A stretch of DNA of 63,846 nt, the filler included, from Aduncisulcus paluster (taxonomy: Eukaryota), in assembly GCA_024181965.1 (NCBI GenBank). It is 9 parts of 9 records of this genome, joined end to end, with 100 filler letters (N's around TTAATTAATTAA, not from the genome) between each part and the next. Parts side by side here need not be neighbours in the genome. Positions count along the whole stretch, not along the records: positions 58,702 to 61,803 come from BQXS01011400.1; positions 61,904 to 63,846 come from BQXS01011510.1; 7 more parts are not named here. One strand, given 5' to 3'. This document shows positions 58,702 to 63,846 of this stretch, one piece after another. Positions within the stretch are counted from its first letter, which is position 1. Each line of letters starts with the position of its first letter. A program made the position numbers and the translations under genes. The notes under the pieces were generated by a model. The model did not search any database. It was given only the letters and a program-made list of their open reading frames with translations, and was not told the DNA's origin.

Positions 58702-59266
58702 ACACGGTAGAGGAGAGACAATGTTCAATAGGCTTCGATCCCCCCCTGGCTACATAGGCTTTGAAGTCTGATAAGAACTTTTGATACTTCGCCACATTAA
58801 TCTCCTTCAGTACTGGAGGATCAAGAGCAACTGGCATATGTACACATGAGACAGAGCTTTTCGGAGGGACAGCTACAGGGTGGAAAAGAGAAGGTTCTAA
58901 TTCATCTTTTGTGAGAGGATGTCGTCGAGCTTGCGTTAACTCAGGAAATTTCTCATCTTCTTCTGTTTTATCAAGCTTTTCAGACTCATGAGATTCAGAG
59001 AGAATATCTAATCGAATTCTTCTTTGCTCTTCTTTTAAATGATGATTTTGATCAACCATGGATTTAAACATATCGATTAATCGATTCATGCCAGCATTTA
59101 AGGTCTCAATTTGCTGCTGCTGCTTAGCCAGCATAAGATCAATCTTTGATGGACTACTAACGATGTCCGGGTTCTGGGTATCTAAAGTCGTCACCTCAGA
59201 GCGTCCCAGATGGCTTGAAGGCAGGGCTGCTGCCTTTTTAATAGGGGTTCTTTCTAATATTGGCAT
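58702..59266 (-). mobile_element. Ty3/gypsy-type gag, N-terminal part (truncated by the contig end)
   Basis: PPVLKEINVAKYQKFLSDFKAYVARGGSKPIEHCLS aligns with VPLLAKYGEAAFRSFLEKFRRYRALNGKAALFVCIT of the zinc-knuckle gag at 61965..62885. Confidence 0.65.
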
Positions 59267-59350
59267 AATATATAAATATGAAATAATTAAAATTAAAAGG
59301 TATTTTAACAATAATTATTGTTAATTTAAAATAAAATTCTTTAGGGCTAG

Positions 59351-60830
59351 CAAGTTTATTAAATAATTGATTCGAGATCAATCCTATCAATACTACAATA
59401 TGACAAGTCTGGCCGTGAGGATGAAAAAATGATACTAGTTGAAGATAAAGAGCTTTCATACAAGGAAATATGTAGTTTGTATGAGGAAGCCGCTTCATCT
59501 AAAGAGAGTTCTTCCCATGAAAAAGAAAGCGAAGAAGAATTTATAGAATTAGAAGATGATTTTGGTATGCATGATCTGTACTTCAGAATCAAGTGATCTG
59601 CAATTTACACTCCTTCCTACGCTCAATTCTAATTCTGCTCTCATGTCATCGACTTCACTAATCAACCCTGATGTATCTGCCATTGAAGAATATATTGATA
59701 CTCGTTCTCTTATTCCTATCGAGGCACAAATCGTGAAAATCCGAGGACAATTGACACATGCCGAGACAACTCTCTTCCATAATGTTCTCGTTAGACAGAT
59801 ATCCGATACATTTTACCGTTCTCTGAGGAGTGAAATGTTGCGTGATAAGATTGAGTATGGAATTCCATGTGTTATTCCCTCGATTAAGACTGTACATCGC
59901 CTTCGAAAAACCGTGTTGGAATCCAATAGAAAGTGTCATTTTAAGCTTCATGATGAAACTGTTGAATTTAGATGGAGATCTCCAATATCAATTCTGCCAT
60001 CATTTATTTTTTATAATTTTGAACACTTTGTTCACTTTTCCCCTTATCTTTCCCTTCCAATATTTGAAGAAAGTAATCCTCATTGCTGTTCTTATTTGAA
60101 ATATTATCAACTCTATGAAAATACTGTGAAAGAAATGGGTTTGAAACCACTACCATCGTTAGATCGAGAATGGAGCACCATTAAACACCCAACATATGAT
60201 GAATATGTTGCTCTTTGTCAGCTGAATCATCTGACTCCAGTCTTTATTGTGCCAATTCTGGTCTTCATGGATGGTGTTATGACATGCAGGGCTGGCCATA
60301 CAGCATTGACGATCCGCTGGACACTAGCTAATGTTAAGGACGACTTTAAAACTAAGAATTGTGCATGGAAAGAAATATCAATCCTGCCTGAAATAGGCCA
60401 AATTGCAACATCTGCTTTCCTACACCAACTTGTTAAGGATGCCACTGCACTTCAAAAGGGCATTGAGGTTGTCATCAACTCAGTGACAATACGTCTTTAT
60501 GGAACACTATTCCACATTATTGCAGACGGGAAACAAGTCACAGATAACATTGGAACAAAGCACTCATCGAATGATCCCTGTCCATGGTGCGATCTCACAG
60601 GAATTGAACTTCTATCAGCAGATGGAATAGGAGGTAAGAGGCGTTTCAGCTCAATAGCAACGTCAAGACAAACGCTAACCACCATCAATTCACAGTTGCC
60701 CCTATGGTGGGGCTATAGAACTGGAGGGCTTCTCTTCACCCCGTTTCGCTTACATTCCGCTGATATGTTGCACGTTGAAGATCTTGGTAATAGTCATGAT
60801 CTAGCCAGACTGCTAATCAGACAGGGCTAG
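59351..60830 (+). mobile_element. Second Plavaka/CMC-like transposase, frameshifted near the 5' end and 3'-truncated
   Basis: VPILVFMDG..GHTALTIRWTLAN..AWKEI; IIADGKQ..PCPWC; DMLHVEDLG. Collinear with 12478..14484 but stops before the KxH/ERxN region; the acidic N-terminus is in another frame upstream of about 59590. Confidence 0.75.
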
Positions 60831-60905
60831 AACAACACCAGGGCGTGAGACCAAAAATCAAAGTAGATTTTTTTCACAAAAAAAAAAAAAAAAAAAAAAA
60901 AAAAA

Positions 60906-61190
60906 CTGAAGCGAAAGTGAGTAAATCTCCGGATGAGTATATGACACTGGGAAATAATGCAGGAGATAAGCAGAAAGTGTTTATTACACTGGATGTTCAA
61001 TGTCCATCATTAACCGGGGAATAATAGCTAATTCCTTCGTAATTTCAGGAGAAGTACTTCCGGGATATCAACTAGAATTGGCTGATGGAAGCTGTATGGA
61101 AGTATCGGAGAAATGGAAGATATTGGTTAAAGCAAACGGAGCTTTTGGTAAAGACTTATATTTTCATGAATGGGAAAGGCCGATTACAAT
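60906..61190 (+). pseudogene. Degenerate retropepsin (aspartic protease) fragment
   Basis: gtg ttt att -ac act gga tgt tca atg reads VFI(D)TGCSMSII with a 1-nt loss in the catalytic Asp codon; LELADGS flap motif follows. Confidence 0.6.
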
Positions 61191-61803
61191 GAATTTACTG
61201 GACTCTTTGTTCAGCGCCACTCTTGCTTTCATGGATTTCTTGTCTTGTGACTTAGGGTTGGCCTTCCGAAAGGGGCATTCAGAAGCTTTGTGGCCGACCT
61301 TACCACAATTAAAGCACCGTATAGGTTTCCTTTCTGTTTGACTTCTATGTCCTGCCGGTGAGGGTTGACCTGGTTGCTTTTCTCCAGAAAAACGTCTTTT
61401 CCTCCCAGTCGGCTTAAGTTCTCGAATGTCCAGACCGAATGCAGCAGCATGTCTCATGACTTCAGTCTTCATGAGTAACATCTCTCTCAGTTCTTCGAAA
61501 GCCTGCTTCATAGCATATTTCAGGTCCTTATGCTTTCCAGCAGTATCAACCTCCGATCGGACTCTATCACTGAGGCGGTCACTTCCCAAATTGTCAACAA
61601 AAATCTCAACAATCGTTTTATCGTCACCATACTCAGTATTCGTCGTGACTAGCTCCCGGAATCGTGCCACATAAGTGACCAGTTGTGTCTGGGAGAGTTT
61701 CGTCAGTTTCACCCGTTTTAAACGGTCGTAGAATTCCTGGGTGGAGTGGGCCCCGAACGAAGCTGTCACCGCAGCTTTCAATGCATCTTCTGGGGTTTCC
61801 TCG
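61164..61803 (-). mobile_element. Retrotransposon gag C-terminal part with CCHC zinc knuckle
   Basis: CFNCGKVGHKASEC; capsid-like YVARFRELV..IVEIFVDNL. Confidence 0.85.
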
Positions 61804-61964
61804 NNNNNNNNNNNNNNNNNNNNNNNNNNNNNNNNNNNNNNNNNNNNTTAATTAATTAANNNNNNNNNNNNNNNNNNNNNNNNNNNNNNNNNNNNNNNNN
61901 NNNCATAAGAATCAGATAAACTAAATAATAAAGTTTCATCAAAGAAAATAATAAGATGTTTCAA

Positions 61965-62885
61965 CTATCTATATAGGGACAAAATGTGGATATTTCGTTT
62001 CGGGAACAATGACGAGTAAAACAACAGCGACAGATAAGGAATATCATCTTTACTCTCATCGACAATTGATGCAGCCTTAACAGAACGTGCATCTTTTGTT
62101 TTCTTGGGACAATCGCGGGCGAAATGACCCAATTCATGACAGTAAAAACATTCCTTCGTTTCAGCATATTGTGGGCGGCTGGAGTGATGCGTATGAGGTT
62201 TTTGGCCTCTTTTAAAACCTGAGTCTCGTGCTGGACGGGAAGATTTCTCTGAATAACGTCGTTTGTTTTTGTTTCTCTCAAACGATTGTCTGGGTGGTTC
62301 TGTCTCACCGTAACCAGCAGCATCCTCCTGCGCTTCACTGACGATCTGACATTGTTCAAGAATTACCCTCGTAAAATCAGATAGTGACTTATCTTCACTT
62401 TGAAGTGCAACGTCAAGTCGGGTACGAAAACGAGATAATAGAACATTATCTAGGAGTGTCTTCACAATAATATCCTCATTTAGGGGATCTTCCGGGTCCA
62501 CGGTATCAAGTAGCTGATGCAGACGCTGTACAAAAAAACTGACAGAACGTTCGTCCGCTTTGCGGAGTTTTAAACGTTGTAGTTCATACAATACATCCAA
62601 CGCAGATTTCTTGCCATAAAAATCCGATATTTTCTTCAGGAAAACCTTCTCAGTAGCGACAGGAAGTCCATCATCAGCAGGATTTGGAATAGCTGGGTTT
62701 ACAAGTTGACATTTCCCGATACTCTCGTAGATCTTACGGATTGGTGCTGTAATACACACAAATAGAGCAGCTTTTCCATTCAGAGCTCGGTATCTACGAA
62801 ATTTTTCAAGAAATGACCGGAAGGCTGCTTCTCCGTATTTTGCCAATAAAGGCACTCGAAAAAGATCAGTTTCAGGGCTTATCAT
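61965..62885 (-). mobile_element. Retrotransposon gag ORF with CCHC zinc knuckle, directly downstream of an LTR
   Basis: CFYCHELGHFARDC; homologous to the other gag pieces in the window. Confidence 0.88.
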
Positions 62886-62908
62886 CTACCTTTGTTTTTG
62901 ATCAAAAA

Positions 62909-63411
62909 TGTTGCGGTAGCAAATTTACTAATAAAGAAATCTTCTATGGGTATTCTATTTTTAGAACTGGGCCATAACAGCTTCCCTAAAGGTTATTGAA
63001 AAAGATGGACGGTTAATTTTAAGTGACCAAGCCCATGAGCTTGAAGATAAGATCACAAAAGATCTCGAATTAACTGCTAAGCCAGTTGAACAAGTCCCAG
63101 ACAAGGGCGAGGTCCCAGGTGATCTCTCAGGAGCTTCTCACGGTGTGACAGGCTTAGTAAAGCGTGAAACGGCCGGGGATCGTCGTAGTAATAAAAACTT
63201 ACACCTTTTGGTGACCCAAATTTACTTTCATCGGGGATTTAAACCCGGTATCGGATCAGGGCAATTATTCGTTTGCCTGATGTTTATAACGACGAAATAA
63301 AAGATATAACAAAATATAAAATAGATAATACTATTATAAAAATCATTAGAAAAATAAAATAAATGTTCGTGAGAGAGATTCACAAGATTGATCTCTTTTG
63401 CTCACGCTACA
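62909..63411 (-). mobile_element. 503-bp LTR
   Basis: The minus strand begins TGTAGCGTGAGC right after a PPT and ends GCTACCGCAACA (imperfect terminal inverted repeat, TG...CA). Confidence 0.7.
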
Positions 63412-63424
63412 CTGCCTCTCTTTC
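63412..63424 (-). other. Polypurine tract
   Basis: GAAAGAGAGGCAG between the pol stop (63440) and the LTR TG. Confidence 0.7.
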
Positions 63425-63439
63425 ATGAGAGTGGACTTT

Positions 63440-63844
63440 TCAGAGGCGGTTTTGTTCTTTGTAGTTTGCCAAAACCACGCTCTTTCCCAGGTTTGATTCC
63501 TTTTCCCAGGAGTTCTTGCTGGCAGGAAGGTCTAACCATTTGATGAGATATTGACGGCTGTTTTTTCTTCCTTTGTGTGCTAGCACGGCTTGTATGATTC
63601 TGGTGTCGAAGTCTGAGGCGGCAAGAGTCTGAAGTTTCTGGATGTCAGTGTCATCGTTGATGACCAACTTATACATGTCGTCTGGATGCACTTCTTTTAC
63701 GATGTCTCTCATCGCCATGTTCCTGACTTCGTACAGTTTTGTTCCCAACCTCTTCGTGACTTCATATGGCCCGAGGTTCTTTGGGAATAATTTCCCCGTG
63801 TGGTCGAGGGCTTTTAGAAGTACTACATCTCCTGGGGAGATGTG
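63440..63844 (-). mobile_element. Chromovirus (Ty3/gypsy) integrase C-terminus with GPY/F motif and chromodomain
   Basis: PGDVVLL..KLFPKNLGPYEV; IQAVLAHKG..RQYLIKWLDLPASKNSWEKESNL. Confidence 0.9.
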
Positions 63845-63846
63845 AG

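Noticed and set aside
61961-62030. Programmed gag-pro frameshift (alternative frame ends PYIDS*)
   Set aside because: No canonical slippery heptamer, and the frame stops before a DSG motif is complete; the contig ends too soon to test.

Overview
This is AT-rich, intron-poor eukaryotic protist DNA, not one locus. Nine unrelated contig pieces are joined by an artificial 100-nt linker (N44-TTAATTAATTAA-N44), and several 20-N scaffold gaps have duplicated flanks that falsely split or lengthen ORFs. The gene families (TmcB-like, LRR/EGF/PSI surface proteins, an expanded 'MKGAYI..LLFTFT..LPIDL..VVLCEIEGKG' family, long helical-repeat proteins) suggest a free-living fornicate such as Aduncisulcus; this is recall, not a search result. 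TAA, TAG and TGA all act as stops. Recognisable genes are an amino-acid permease, a long-chain acyl-CoA synthetase, ALG13 with a damaged 5' end, a glycerophosphodiesterase, and a kelch-PSI attractin-like protein. TE remains include hAT, PIF/Harbinger, two Plavaka/CMC-like transposases, and Ty3/gypsy chromovirus gag, protease, integrase and an LTR. The highlight appears once the duplication artefacts are removed: divergent NDC80-like (573 aa, no N-terminal tail) and NUF2-like (459 aa) genes, which encode heterodimer partners, lie head-to-head across 333 bp. That spacer has a mirror-symmetric design, a perfect 12-bp inverted CCAAT-containing motif plus symmetric CHR-like TTTGAA elements. All family calls come from motif reading by eye; no database searches were run.
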